DNA of 64,000 nt from Entomortierella parvispora E1425 (GCA_020891255.1 BQFW01000010.1:310001-374000); one strand, 5' to 3'; positions 10,531 through 22,654 are shown, numbered from the stretch's first letter. A program made the numbers and translations. Notes: generated by a model not told the origin, from the letters alone.

Positions 10531-12798
10531 ATGCTCCTTCCGGAACTTTTCGCCCTCATCGCCCCTTACCTTGATCCCCCGTCCCTCGTCTCTGCCTCTC
10601 AGGTCTCCCGATGTTGGTTTACCAGTCTCACTCCGGTTCTCTGGTCGACCATCGCAGACTCTGACTGGATCCTCCCGCACTTCAGCCCTCGACAACTCTA
10701 TGCCCATGGTCACCTTGTTCACTCTCTCACCTGGGACTCGCTTCAAAGCCAGCCACACTCGTTATTCCTGACCCGCCCCCCTTCATTATTGCCCTCATCC
10801 TTGGAACAAGATGGAGATTCTGCAGCTGGACGCAAGGATAAAGAATACCATGACCATGGCACAGCCTTGCGTAAAATGTTGAGGGTCATCCCTGTCGACT
10901 CTGCATCGCGCCTTTCGATGCGCTGTCTCGTTCACATAGTGGGCAACTGCGCGCATCTCCAGCATTTGAAGCTTAACTTTGGCGCCTACAACGGAGATCC
11001 GGAGAGCGAAGAGGGCAGGATTGTTGGAGGAATGATCCAAGTCATTCGTAATTTGAGATGTCTTCAGCGCCTGGAGTTGGTGGCTCATTCAGTCTTGCTT
11101 CTTCCAGAGGACAAAAAGTTCAATGATGACAACAGCGAACAAGTCGCAGGAGGCCATTCAAATCAACCTGATCTGGGTTGCACAAGCACCGTATCTGCCT
11201 CCAGAGGACTGAATGTTCAATGGCTCCTCCAGGACTTGCCCAACCTTCAATCACTGGATCTGCGCGGTTCGGCCTTTTGGTTTGACATGCCGTCACCACG
11301 GTTGCCAACAGCATCCTCCACAGAAACATCAACAAGATCGGCAACAACATCCTCTGCAACAACAACAAAACCGACGTTTCCTATTCGCCATCTCTCACTC
11401 GAGCCCGCCGCCTCTGTTTTGACGGAGGAGGCTTTGATGTTTCTCATCGAGCAGTGCCCGCGCCTCACGTCCTTGGACTTGCCTGGAGGACTTGCTTGGG
11501 AGATCTCTCCCGCCTTCACAAAGCACTTGCAGACCTCCTGTCCCAACCTTGACTCCTTTTCAATCAATGCCTCATCTGCCTCTGTGCGAGGTCACAGCCT
11601 GATCCCTGATACTGCCGACCAGCCCCCTTTAGATACTACCAATGGAACCGATACCCCCACAGCACCATCATCAACACCACCAACACAAGCACAAGCAGTA
11701 GTCGGAGCCTCCCTGCATGTGCGCATCATTCCTGAAGATGACCGACTTGCATCGTTGATCCGAGGATTGACCCAAAGTACAGAAGTACCTTTGCGCAGTT
11801 TTGGTGCCCGCTCTTGTTATTTCGGAAACGCCTCGCTCCAAGCGTTGGAAGAGCTATGCCCCAGCTTGGAAAAACTCGATCTATCGTTGAACCGCGCCAG
11901 TAGCAGTGCTTTTGTGTCCAACCATCCTGCCCAGATAGCCCTAGCGACGGCGGTAACAACTGTGGTCTCGCAGGAACGGACAGTGCTCTCCAAGGATCGG
12001 TTGGTTCAGTATCTGAAAAGAGCCGAGAATTTGAAAGAGTTGATAGCCGAAGGTGTTTGGATCGACTTGGCAGATCTGCTACTACCTTCGCCACCGCCGT
12101 CAGAGGGGGATGAGTCGCAGCATGGAGGACATGGAGAACACGGAGAACCAGTGATGACCGCAGAGCTGGCGCAACAACAACAACACCAGCATTGGCCTGT
12201 GAGTGCGCCGACCGTTGAGCACTGGGCTTGTGCAACAACCTTGACACGCCTTGTCCTTGGATTCTCTGCGTTCAATCAGGCACACCAAGCACACTTGCAC
12301 TCTTATCCTTCTACATCGTCAACCGTCCTGTATACCTTCCTGTCGAGTCTGCGATCTCTTCAAGTGCTGAAGATCTCGAACACTACCCTGACCGACTTTC
12401 AAACGCCTAATACCTACCTTTCAACGTCATCATTACCACAGCCATCGTCATTCCACCTCTTGTCTGCCTTGCGAGACTTGCGTGAATTCGATATCGAAAC
12501 CTGCTCGTATTCTCCCTCAGGGCTCATGAACAAGGGCACGATCCAATGGATGGTGGGTCAGGCCTGGCCAAAGCTCGAATCCTTGCAGATCCACCGTTTG
12601 GGCGTTAGTCAAGAACGAGAACTCCATGGATGGCTCAAGGAAGTGGGAAGAGACCGTCTTGTTGTCAACGGGTGTTGTAATCGTGTTCTCCACAGCGCCA
12701 ACGGAAGCAATGGCGGCAGCGAGGGCGGACTTGGTGGATCTCAGGAACTCTCGGTCCTCTCTTCGTTAAGGTTGATGAACATGATGATGTCCTATTAA
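10531..12798 (+). CDS. F-box/LRR (RNI-like) protein with low-complexity inserts (subfamily D, intact)
   Basis: Start context cacaccATG at 10531. F-box MLLPELFALIAPYLDPPSLVSASQVSRCWFTSLTPVLW; LRR units CAHLQHLKL, LPNLQSLDLRG, CPRLTSLDL, CPSLEKLDLS; HWACATTLTRL. Confidence 0.85.
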   Translation: MLLPELFALIAPYLDPPSLVSASQVSRCWFTSLTPVLWSTIADSDWILPHFSPRQLYAHGHLVHSLTWDSLQSQPHSLFLTRPPSLLPSSLEQDGDSAAGRKDKEYHDHGTALRKMLRVIPVDSASRLSMRCLVHIVGNCAHLQHLKLNFGAYNGDPESEEGRIVGGMIQVIRNLRCLQRLELVAHSVLLLPEDKKFNDDNSEQVAGGHSNQPDLGCTSTVSASRGLNVQWLLQDLPNLQSLDLRGSAFWFDMPSPRLPTASSTETSTRSATTSSATTTKPTFPIRHLSLEPAASVLTEEALMFLIEQCPRLTSLDLPGGLAWEISPAFTKHLQTSCPNLDSFSINASSASVRGHSLIPDTADQPPLDTTNGTDTPTAPSSTPPTQAQAVVGASLHVRIIPEDDRLASLIRGLTQSTEVPLRSFGARSCYFGNASLQALEELCPSLEKLDLSLNRASSSAFVSNHPAQIALATAVTTVVSQERTVLSKDRLVQYLKRAENLKELIAEGVWIDLADLLLPSPPPSEGDESQHGGHGEHGEPVMTAELAQQQQHQHWPVSAPTVEHWACATTLTRLVLGFSAFNQAHQAHLHSYPSTSSTVLYTFLSSLRSLQVLKISNTTLTDFQTPNTYLSTSSLPQPSSFHLLSALRDLREFDIETCSYSPSGLMNKGTIQWMVGQAWPKLESLQIHRLGVSQERELHGWLKEVGRDRLVVNGCCNRVLHSANGSNGGSEGGLGGSQELSVLSSLRLMNMMMSY

Positions 12799-13053
12799 AT
12801 CATGATTTCGCCCCTGTCAGCTATCGTCTATGTGAAATCCTGAACCATCGATGTATCGACATTGGGATCAAAAAAAAAAAAAAAAAGAACCTGGGCGGTC
12901 TGTGCAGCTTGCGCTCGTGTCTGAATGACAGCAGTCACGGTGGCAAAAGGCGGCCCTCATCGTGGTTGCTTCTTGTTGACATTTCCAGTTCTCCCTTCCA
13001 CCACCCTTACATCAGCCCAGCGTCATCCCAACAGCACCCTATCACAGATTACC

Positions 13054-14790
13054 ATGGACCCCACATCCACTGCCGCAGTACAGCTTCCTCAACAGGATCA
13101 TCCTATTCCCCCTCCTGCTTTTCGACCTCGCACCCGTTGTGTGCAGTCCCCGGGGCCTCTATTCATTCCAGAGATCCTATTCGAAATAGGAGCGTATTTG
13201 CAGAAACGAGAACTGTGGTCAACGTCTCTCGTCTGTGTTGCCTGGCACAAGGTGTTCTCTCCTTTCCTCAACTGGACAGCTCTCGACAACTGCGATGGGT
13301 TCTTCGACAAACTCCGTTATTCAGAATACAGATATAACTATCAACTCCTTGATGCACTTCTCGAGAGAATTCGTGGGCCAGATGCTGCCTTTGGGTTCCA
13401 CAATGCTCGTAACGTCCACCTCTCCAACCGCTCTATTGTTAGCTATATACTACACAAAGAGAAAATAAGCCCTCAGCTCGATCGGCTCCACCTCATGATC
13501 ATTGAGAAGTCCACTCTTTTGGAGAGACTGACATTTGTTCCATTTCATCTCACCAGCGAACGCTGTTACAGATGGACAGCAAAACTGGAAATTGAGGCAG
13601 AGTATAGAGCAGATAACCCATCTCTGATGGCGAGCCACCTCCGCCCTGGATGGGGATCAACCGGGCCACTCTCCATGACCTCTCATCGGCTATCTGCTCC
13701 ACGTTGGCCTTGCCTTATAGAGGTCAGCATAGGGTTTTGCCGCGTACACCATTCATTTCTTCAAGTTTTATTGAGCAACACGCCTGCTCTTGAAGACCTC
13801 AATGTCTTTCAGGTCGTGGTGAACCAGCCTGAACCTCTTGAGACCAAAGAAAATAGGACGGATTGTTCAGATAAGATAGAGGGAAAAAAGAAACACTGGA
13901 TGCAAGAGACCTTCATGGCAACATCGGTTTTAAGTAAGCTGGCGTTCTTGAACACTGAGGGTCTGGAATGGGCCGATGTTCTTCTCTTTGCAAGCCAACT
14001 GCCTCTCCTCTCGAAATTCTCCTTCCACCCTGCGGAGCCTTGGAGCGAAGGCGTCTTACCGTTCGCGTCTGGCTTTCCTTGTTTGAGGCGTCTAGATTTT
14101 GAACATCTGCCTCAGGACATGATAGATTCCGTGGTGTCCACCGTCCCCACAGGACTCTGCGAACTAAATCTTGAAAGGATGCGGCTGGGCCATTCCTTCG
14201 TACAGAGCCTCCAACCCGCTCACACGCACACGTTGCAAAAAGTGCATTTTTCCGCGTGCACTTTCATCGAGGGGAATGATCACGTCCTTCACTTGATCCT
14301 GTGCACGCTGACGGGTTTAGAATCGGTTGGATTTTCCAAAAAGCCCATGGTCTGTGATCCCAGAGTCCTTCAGCAGACACCCTGGGTGTGCCGCAAACTC
14401 CAAGTCATGGGTATCACTCCGAAATGCAATGGGAGCCCTCACTACTCTTCTATGGAGGCCCAGGAAGCCTTCTTGACCCAAGTCGGCTCCCTGACAAGAC
14501 TCGAATGCTTGTTTCTGTCAGAACTGCAACTCCATGGCATTGACAACGAGTTTGCTCCCGAGAAAAGTTGGACCCTGCTGCAAGACTTGAAACAGTTGAC
14601 TGACATTGATTTGGGGTTCGCGCCAAGGACAACGCTGACCGCTGACGATGCTAAAATGATGATTCGATACTGGCCGCGTCTGTCATCGTTGCATGGCATC
14701 CATCCTGAAGGAAGTGCAGCTTTTGTGGCCTACATGAGAAAGCGTAAGGGGTTTATTAATGTATTTTACAGAGGTGCTGGGTGCTATTAA
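13054..14790 (+). CDS. F-box/LRR-like protein, subfamily A copy 3 (intact)
   Basis: F-box LFIPEILFEIGAYLQKRELWSTSLVCVAWHKVFSPFLNW. It shares GPDAAFGFH, HSFLQVLL, MVCDPRVLQQTPWVC and FAPEKS with the other A copies. Confidence 0.85.
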   Translation: MDPTSTAAVQLPQQDHPIPPPAFRPRTRCVQSPGPLFIPEILFEIGAYLQKRELWSTSLVCVAWHKVFSPFLNWTALDNCDGFFDKLRYSEYRYNYQLLDALLERIRGPDAAFGFHNARNVHLSNRSIVSYILHKEKISPQLDRLHLMIIEKSTLLERLTFVPFHLTSERCYRWTAKLEIEAEYRADNPSLMASHLRPGWGSTGPLSMTSHRLSAPRWPCLIEVSIGFCRVHHSFLQVLLSNTPALEDLNVFQVVVNQPEPLETKENRTDCSDKIEGKKKHWMQETFMATSVLSKLAFLNTEGLEWADVLLFASQLPLLSKFSFHPAEPWSEGVLPFASGFPCLRRLDFEHLPQDMIDSVVSTVPTGLCELNLERMRLGHSFVQSLQPAHTHTLQKVHFSACTFIEGNDHVLHLILCTLTGLESVGFSKKPMVCDPRVLQQTPWVCRKLQVMGITPKCNGSPHYSSMEAQEAFLTQVGSLTRLECLFLSELQLHGIDNEFAPEKSWTLLQDLKQLTDIDLGFAPRTTLTADDAKMMIRYWPRLSSLHGIHPEGSAAFVAYMRKRKGFINVFYRGAGCY

Positions 14791-15129
14791 TCGATGGAAC
14801 GGATTAAACAAAGGCCCTTGTTTCCACAGTGTACCCTTTGTCGAGAAATCCAAGCAATTCTTTGAGATGTTCAAACGGGAAATAAAATGAAACCTGAACC
14901 TGACATCCTTGTTGTTGCTTTTGTTGCTGATCACTCAGTCCATTCCCATTCTCTCTCTTTTTTTTATTTCCTTTCAAAAAAAAAAAAAAAAAAAAAAAAA
15001 AGTGCGTTTGGCTATGTACAAAAAATCAAGCGGGAGAGGGCGAGGAAAAAAAAAAAAAAAAGGAAGAGGATTCCTCAATTTTCTTCTAGGTGTTGGCTGA
15101 TGTTGGGGGAGTTCCCACTTTCCGAGTCC

Positions 15130-18100
15130 CTACTTCGGAGTGGACTTTGCCTTTGGCCGGGATCTGGATGCAGAGTCTTTGGCGGAAATGGATACCACAG
15201 GTTCGCTCCCCGTCCGCCCTTCACCCAATGCACCTCCCAAGTCTGGGTTCAGCACCGACTTTTCTTCTACAGGCAGAGCCTCGGGCTCTTCTGGTGGGAG
15301 ATCATCAGCTTTAGTGTCCACCGCAGCAGGTTCATCTTTGACAGGCACATCCTCGGCAACAACAACATCAACAACCTCATCCGCATCCTTCGTTTTGCTA
15401 TTATGACCAGGCTGAAGTCCTGTTGCTCCACCACCAGCTGCATGACCAGAGTGAGTGGATGTGGCTGGAATCAAAGTCGAAGTCGAAGATCTGGTCGAGG
15501 ATGAGTCTGATCTTGAGGGTCGGGAGCCCCCAGGACCACTTCCCCCAAGTCCCATCGGTGGCTGCTGCTGATGACCTGAAAAGTGTGCCGCAGGAGGCGG
15601 TACTAAAGGTCCTTGCGAGGGATGAGCATGGGAGCCGGGATGTGGTGGCTGACCATAATAGGGTGCTGGGTATTGTTGATAAGGATGGTGGTACATAGGA
15701 TGGGGGTAGGCACCAGGATGTTGAGGGTAATGACCATAGCCAGGGTGGCCGAGATGGCTATTTGGATTGCCATGTTCCCCTTGAGCCCCACCGTCAGTCT
15801 CAGAACCTCCTTCCTGCGCGGGCATGTATCCGTACCCGTACATCGACTAAACATTCATAATAAAATATCAAAGTGTTAGTCCGCCAAGTATATTCACGTT
15901 AGACTTCAATCGTGTTGACGAATTGCCCTAACCTGCTGATATGCCTCTTCAGCCGGCATGTATCCATATGAGACACCATCGAAGTATGGAACAGCTCCTT
16001 CCATAGCCCCCACTTCTGGTTCTTCTCCTCCGCCAGTGCCTCCAGTTCTAGATTCAGAAGTGGACGATTGGCCAGGAGTACTGGTACTGCTACCACCAGT
16101 ATTGATCTCAGCTCCTGCCGCAGTCGCAGCAGCGCCTATTGAAGTGCTTCCAGGGATCGGCGCAGGAATCATTCCAGGTGACATGAGTGGTCCTTGACTG
16201 GGATGATGCCAGACCATAGGATGGTGCATCATCATACTGGGTCCGGGGTGTGCATACGGGTTGTAGCCCATGTATGCTCCAGGGATTGGCCCCCCCGAAG
16301 GTCCCATCATTGGGTATCCAGGCGGTGGGACATGTCCATGAGGATGGAATGGTAATGGTGGACCTCCAGGAGCACCAGGGTATCCTGATGGTGGCGGTCC
16401 ATGTTGCTGACTCATGGGTTGTGGTCCTCCCGTGACAGTGCCTGACGGGGGCGAGGTGTGTGCAATTGAGGGTGGTGATGGTCCAGAGCGAGGTCCAGAG
16501 TAATTGTAGTCATGGTACGGTGAGGTCTTGTAGCCTGGGGCATTTCCATTTCCATTTGAATCGGCTGCGGGAGGAGACAGATTTGGTCGACCATGGTTCG
16601 AGTTATGGCCCTGGTGCTGATGATGAGGGCCACCTTGACCTGGAGTGGGTCGCCGTTGTCCATGAGTCCCTTGGTAGTACGGTTGATGTGATGGGTATGG
16701 GTAGTCATACCCGTAGTTGTTGTTGTACTTGTTATTATTGCCGCCTTTGCGTTGGTCCTGGTAATGATTACTGTGTCCAGCCATCATATGTTGACCTCTA
16801 GGCGAACCATACTCTGTGCCAGGGTTAGGTGAGCCTCCGTAGCTGCCCGATGAAGAGGGTCCGCCTCTGTAATTAGACTTCCAACCCTGTCGCTGGTGTT
16901 CACCATGCTGATTCGAGGGATGATACGCTGATGACTGGTCATACCCAGAGTAACCATACTGGCCACCTTGTCGTTGGCTTGATCTGTAGCCACCGCCCCC
17001 TGAAGGAGAGTGTGTCTGATACTGGTGATGATGGTGACCGTCGCCTCCATAGGGTCCTCGTTGATGGTTATTGTACTGCGAGGGTTGTCCTCCTCCTGAC
17101 TTGTGGTGTTGACCTGCATAGGGGCCCTTTTGGGACGATGACGATGATGGGTCCACTGACGTTCGCCTTTCTCTAGCTGAATTTGAACCCACTGACCGTG
17201 AGCTCATAATGCTTGAGCGACGTGATGACGAGCTTCTTGGAGTTTGGTGAGGTAGGTGTGCGGGCGGCGCCAAAGAGGATACAGAAGGGGTGGCGGGGTT
17301 ATCGCCTGCAACACTGGACCGACGACTTCCCGTCTCAGAGTTGGATTGACTATCTGCATTGCTGGCGCTCTCCGCTTCATCTCTTTGGCTCCGATTTGAT
17401 CTTTGGAACAGACTCAACAGTTGTTCGCCGACGGACGCCTCAACCTCTGTGCCGTCCTTGGAGACCTTGACCTCCCTGTTTTCGTAAAGAGGATTAAGCA
17501 AGTGTGTTGTCCGGGAAAAAGGGACCTTGTGACTATATCGACATAGGTCGTATAAGGTTAGTTTGTTATTCAAAAGAAGGGGCACCGAAGTGAGCATACT
17601 GCTGCAATTATCCACTTACACTTGAATCCACTCGACCGTAAATACAGTTCCCCAAGACGTCGTTGTCGTCGAACCTCTCGCAATGATCTCGGCCTCTTCG
17701 TTTGTCAGTTGTCGTCCTTCCTTGGTCGCCTGCTCATACTCTTCCAAAAGAGAAGCTCGCATCTCGGGCGAGAGCGGGATCTCAATGCTTGGTTTCCAAG
17801 GTTCATTCGCCTCCAGAGTCAGTGAATTCTCAGAGCTGATTGTACTTGTCATACTAATGAAGAGCAAGACGAGGTAGAGGACGAGAAAGAAGGAAAAAAA
17901 AAAGGCAACAAAGGATGCAACTGTTTAGAAAATAAAGTGACACTAAATATCAAGGTATTCAGAAAGAGCAAGGACGCTGTGGACCCATTCTTTCTTTCAC
18001 GCGAGATATACGTACCGCGCATAGCCAAAGAACTCTCCGCTCTTGTTGGCACTGAACACAAGATAGACGTTTCTTGTGTTCTATAGGCAGGAGATTGAAA

Positions 18101-20518
18101 ATGATAAACGAGAGCAAACAGTGCCGTTGAGAGCAAACGCGTCAGCAAAATGTTGACAGGGCCAATACATCGGGGGGGGGGGGGGGGTTAAAGAGCAAGG
18201 ATATGCTATGCTTACCTCGAACGCATCATTCAAAATAGGGACAAGATGGTCCTGAGTCGCCCATTGTCCATATTGGACGCTCAACTTTAGATCCTCCTCA
18301 TTCAGGCTCTTGAGAATGAAATAGCGCGATTCAGAAAAGCCCAAGGACGAAGATGAGCGTGACTTTTTGGAGGATCTGTCTTTTTCTTTGAGCAGTGGCC
18401 CGCCCTCACCTCCACTGGACGGACTGTTGGACACAGGGCTCCTTCCGGAAAGACGCATTCTTTCCATCGATGCCTGAGCTTCATTCATTTCATAGCGGCG
18501 TGAATGGTCAGCTCCTGTTGGGTCACCTTCGTAGAATCCCAGAGGCGACAGATAGGGTGACTCTCCAGATGGATGATTCATTTGTGATTGGAATCGTCCT
18601 GGTCCAGGAGATTTTCCTGACTGTGAGGACGAGTCTGTTGCAGGATCCTTGCGTGGGCGACAGACAAGCCTCGTGTTTTTAAATTCTCGGTCGTGAAAAC
18701 GAAGAACGGCTCTATCCACTGCTTCATGGCTGGAATAGTTTACAAATGCGCAATTTGACTTTGCAAGGATGAAAATACTCTAAGGAAACGTACATGCAGA
18801 GTGTTTGTTAGCAATGTTATCACAGCAATGGCACAGTATTGTCACAAAAGCAAGGACGGGAAAGTTGCACACTGAGCTATCCAATGTCCTACCTCGGGAA
18901 CATCATGTTGTACGTCGCCTTCGGCTTCTGTTGGCTCTGCCTCAAAGATGGCTTGCAGCTCTGCAAGGGTCGTGTCGTTTAAAACATTGCCGACCCACAT
19001 TGCTTTGTCCAGCTCTTTTGGTTTCTTTTGAAGTGATGGTGCGGGATGTCCTCTCCAGCTTTCAGGCCCATGGTAGTAGCCTGGGTACTCTGGAGGGTAT
19101 ACTCCCTGATTCAAAAATGGCGGTGGTTTGAATCCAGCCGAGCTGTGGTACTGAGGGCCAGCGAGGCGCAGGCCGGGTGAACCCATCGGATGAGAGCCCG
19201 TCGGTACTGAAGACTGGGGATGAAAGCCCATGGGCCGACGAGAACCTGGGGAGGAAGGAATCACAGAGTTGTTGGGAGAGTAAAAAGGCGGGGGGATTCC
19301 GTATCCTTGGTGTCCAGGAGGACCAGGGGCCAGATTTCCTGGGGTGTGCGGTCCACCCGGTCCCTGGCCTTGTGGGCCAGAGAACGGCTTTGGGTGCGGG
19401 TGATTGTGACGTGGGGCATAGTAGGGCGCAGCGGAGCTGGACCTTCCTTGCGGTTGGTAACCTTGATGCTGGTTCTGAAGGTGTGGGTGGTGTTGGTGCG
19501 GTGAGAACGGTGGCTGGGGTTGTCCTGAATAGGTGTCTGGCAAAGAGCTTGGTGGGATTGGTTGAGAGCCCCCTTTTGAGTTCTGTGTCTCTGAGTGCCG
19601 TTCTTGTTGTGCCGGTTCCGTTTGCCCTGGTTCTCGATGGCTATGGTTCCTTTGTGCTGTTTCGGGACCCGTTCCCGAGTTTTCGGAGGGGTCTCCTGTC
19701 GTGGCGGTGGTTTCTGTAACCGCTGCCAGCTCCTGTTCTTCGTCTGCATCTCCTCGCAGTCCTGTCTTTACTCCCACGCTATCCGCCAAAGAAGATACGC
19801 CCTCAGCAGAGTCCGATTCTGTCGTGTCAAGAGAATCTGGATGGTGTGACGTCGGTTGTTGTGGCCCTGTGCGCTTTGGGCGCTCTTGCGACGGGCGATG
19901 TGCTTCGTTCAGAGCAGGGTTGCTGTCGATGTGGGCCATCTTCGGGGAGGACGAGGACGAGGACGAGCACGAGGGGACCTGCGAGCCAGTCGAGTTCCCT
20001 TTTTGAAGTGCCTCTACACTTTGCTGGTGCCCCTTTATCCGTTCTTCCTCTTGGCCCAATTCCGCCCTGCCGACTTTGTTGGTCTTGTTCTCGGTCTTTA
20101 ACTCTGTTGAGCCGGTGAAACTCGAGTCTGTGCTGTCCAAGGAGGGGGATGATTCAAGCTGGAGCATATCTGGGGTCGAGATACTCTCAAGTCTCGTCGC
20201 TGGGTGTGTCCCACTCAAGGTTTTGCCGCTGGTCTCTGATATGGACAACGGAGCACTTGTGGGGCCATGTATTGGCGCGAGAGAGCCCCCGGTGCCGTGT
20301 GGAAGATGTTGAGCGTGGGAGTGAAGCTGCTGAGGGTGTGGATGCTGTGGATGAGGGTGTTGGTGTGGGTGTTGCTGTTGTTGCTGCTGCTGGCGGTGGT
20401 GAGGGTGTTGGAGTGGCGGTGCTTGATCGTAAGGCGGCATTGGACCTGGGTGATAGCCCATTGGAACTTGCTCGCCGTTGGGGCCAATATAGACTGGCGC
20501 TTGATAATATGGGATCAT
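15130..20518 (-). CDS. RRM + YTH (YT521-B-like) domain RNA-binding protein, 6 exons
   Basis: Exons by manual GT-AG parsing: 20518-18893, 18779-18216, 18080-18016, 17853-17620, 17532-15933, 15846-15130. RRM: AMWVGNV...SIFILAKSNCAFVNY...RLVCRPRK. YTH: SRYFILKSLNEEDLKLSVQYGQWATQ...VYLVFSANKSGEFFGYARM...SWGTVFTVEWIQ...NPLYENREVKVSKDGTEV. The 5' end is uncertain and upstream exons are possible. Confidence 0.85.
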
Positions 20519-20816
20519 ACCCGGATGTGGAAGCGAAGGGTGGTGGGCTGCTGGTGTTTGGCAAGGTGAGGCGGGGGTTACGGACGATGGTAAAGTCCCC
20601 GTCGTTGTTTTAGCTGTGGCTGGTCTGTCCTCTGTTGTTGTTGTTGTGTTTGGTGTCTTTGTTGTTGTTGTCGTTGTTGCTGTTGTTGCTGATGGTCCTC
20701 TCGAGTGGATAATCGTCTATGCGAGGTTTGGGCGCGGGAGGAGAAAGAGGTGAGGGTGGAAAGAGAGGTAACAACGCCTTGATGATGGGCTGGAGAGACA
20801 AAAGAGGAAAAAGCGA

Positions 20817-20820
<4 letters not shown>

Positions 20821-20848
<28 letters not shown>
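20821..20848 (+). repeat. (AG)14 microsatellite within a purine-rich low-complexity tract
   Basis: Read directly from the sequence. Confidence 0.9.
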
Positions 20849-20853
<5 letters not shown>

Positions 20854-22654
20854 GATGTGTTTGAAGGGGTGTGGTCACTGTCAGAGGACAAGGAAGACAG
20901 GGACACGGAGACCAGGTTGGACGCTGTCACGGACGCTGGAACAGGCGACAAGGACGAGGAAGAAGTAGCAGCAGCAGCAAAAGAGACAAGACTGGACAAG
21001 AAAGCAGGGGGGGAGGGACAACGGATGCAGAAGCAGAGGAAGCGAGAGCGGGAGAAGGGGAGAGAGAGAGAGAGAAAGAGCGAGAGCAGGAGAAGAAGCA
21101 GGAGCAGAACAGAAAGAAGAGGAACGACGGGAGAAGGGAAGGCAAAAGAGGAAAGAGACGACGACAGCGGGACAGACAATGATCGTCCTTGTGCGCGGGA
21201 CAGCAACGGGGGGACAAGATTCGTTCGCCTGTTTTTTTTTTTTTTTTTGTTCTTTTTTTTTTTCTGGTTCTCTTCCTTCTTGTTCCTTCCTGCTGCCCAT
21301 TGCCATTGCAGGTGGGGTGGGCAGGGTGCTCTCTGCTGCTGGCCTTGTTCTCGTGGCTCTTGTACCTGCTGTCGTCGACAGGGCACTTCTTGTGCCCCTG
21401 TTTGGGTTACAGTTTGTTTGCTACTGGAGTTGCCGCAACCCATCCTCGTCTTTCGTCTTTGTTCATGGCCAAGCCCGGGAAAACATTTGGACAAGGACCG
21501 CCGTTGACCCTGCAAGAAACGTCCGAGAACTGGGCGATTTATTGCTCTTGGGCTTTTCCCTTGTACTTGGCCCAGTGGCAGCGCCAGTGGATGTCTGTTC
21601 CTGGCAAAGACAGGAGCCTGCTCTGACCCGACTCGGTCATAACGACAGTCCTCGGTCATGGGCAAGTTCACTCGAAATGAATGAATGAATGAATGATTGC
21701 AGTGTGGATGAAGAAAAAAAAACTGCCATGGGCAAGAGATACAATGCATGCACCACCAGATTACCATGCAATGATGCAACATGCACGAATGAAAACGCGC
21801 AATTTTTCTTTTTCTATCATTTCTGAGTATGAGTTGTTTTTCGTTTTTATTGATTTGGGAACAGTTGGGTCGGTTGTGTGTCTTTCCTTCCTTTGCTTTC
21901 GTTCGTGTTTGGTCCTTCTGCTCCTGCCTTTCATTTTGCTTTCATTTGATCTCTTTCTTGTTTTTTTTTTATCCGAGGCGTTGTGGGGGGGGAAAAGAGA
22001 GCGGACTACAGGTCATTGGAATGGGTCATGTTGTGCTTATGGATTCCGTTGCGGTCGTGGCTGCGGAAAGAAATGTCAAGCACACAAGGCACCATCCGAG
22101 AAGGGTTGCCAACAAGAAAAAGGTAAAGAAAAAGAAGAGCAGGAAAAAAACAGAGTATAAAAGACGAGTCGACACAAGGAGAGAGATCCGGAGATATGAG
22201 GCAAAAGAGATACGGGGTAACAGGGAGGCGGCAACGACATAGAAAACAGTGGCAATGGGACAGCAGCAAATGGGAGTAAAAAATGAGAAGGCAAGAAAAA
22301 CGGTCATTATCACAAAAGAGTCATTTCTTTTTCTGCTTTGGATTCAAAACCAGGCGCGACTCTGATCCGTGGCAAACAGGTTCATCAAAAAGGCAAAGGA
22401 GATGAGGGCGCCAGAATGGATATAATAAAGGGATCAAAGCAAAGCATCCCCCACCTCCTTTTCCTTGAGAGTTGGTCCTTTGTCGAGAAAAAAAAATATC
22501 TCCGGAGCGTGCAACTCGTCAATGCCAATCATCCTCAGGGCTGATACCTAGTAGATCCCAAAAAAGAGATCAGACATCATTGATACATGGAGACCTCCTT
22601 TTCAAACTAATGGAAGCTGATTTATCAGACGTTGAGACTATGGACGACAATGGC

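Noticed and set aside
20610-21782. 390-aa and overlapping 262-aa ORFs
   Set aside because: They are translations of AG/CT microsatellite-rich low-complexity DNA with no domain signal.
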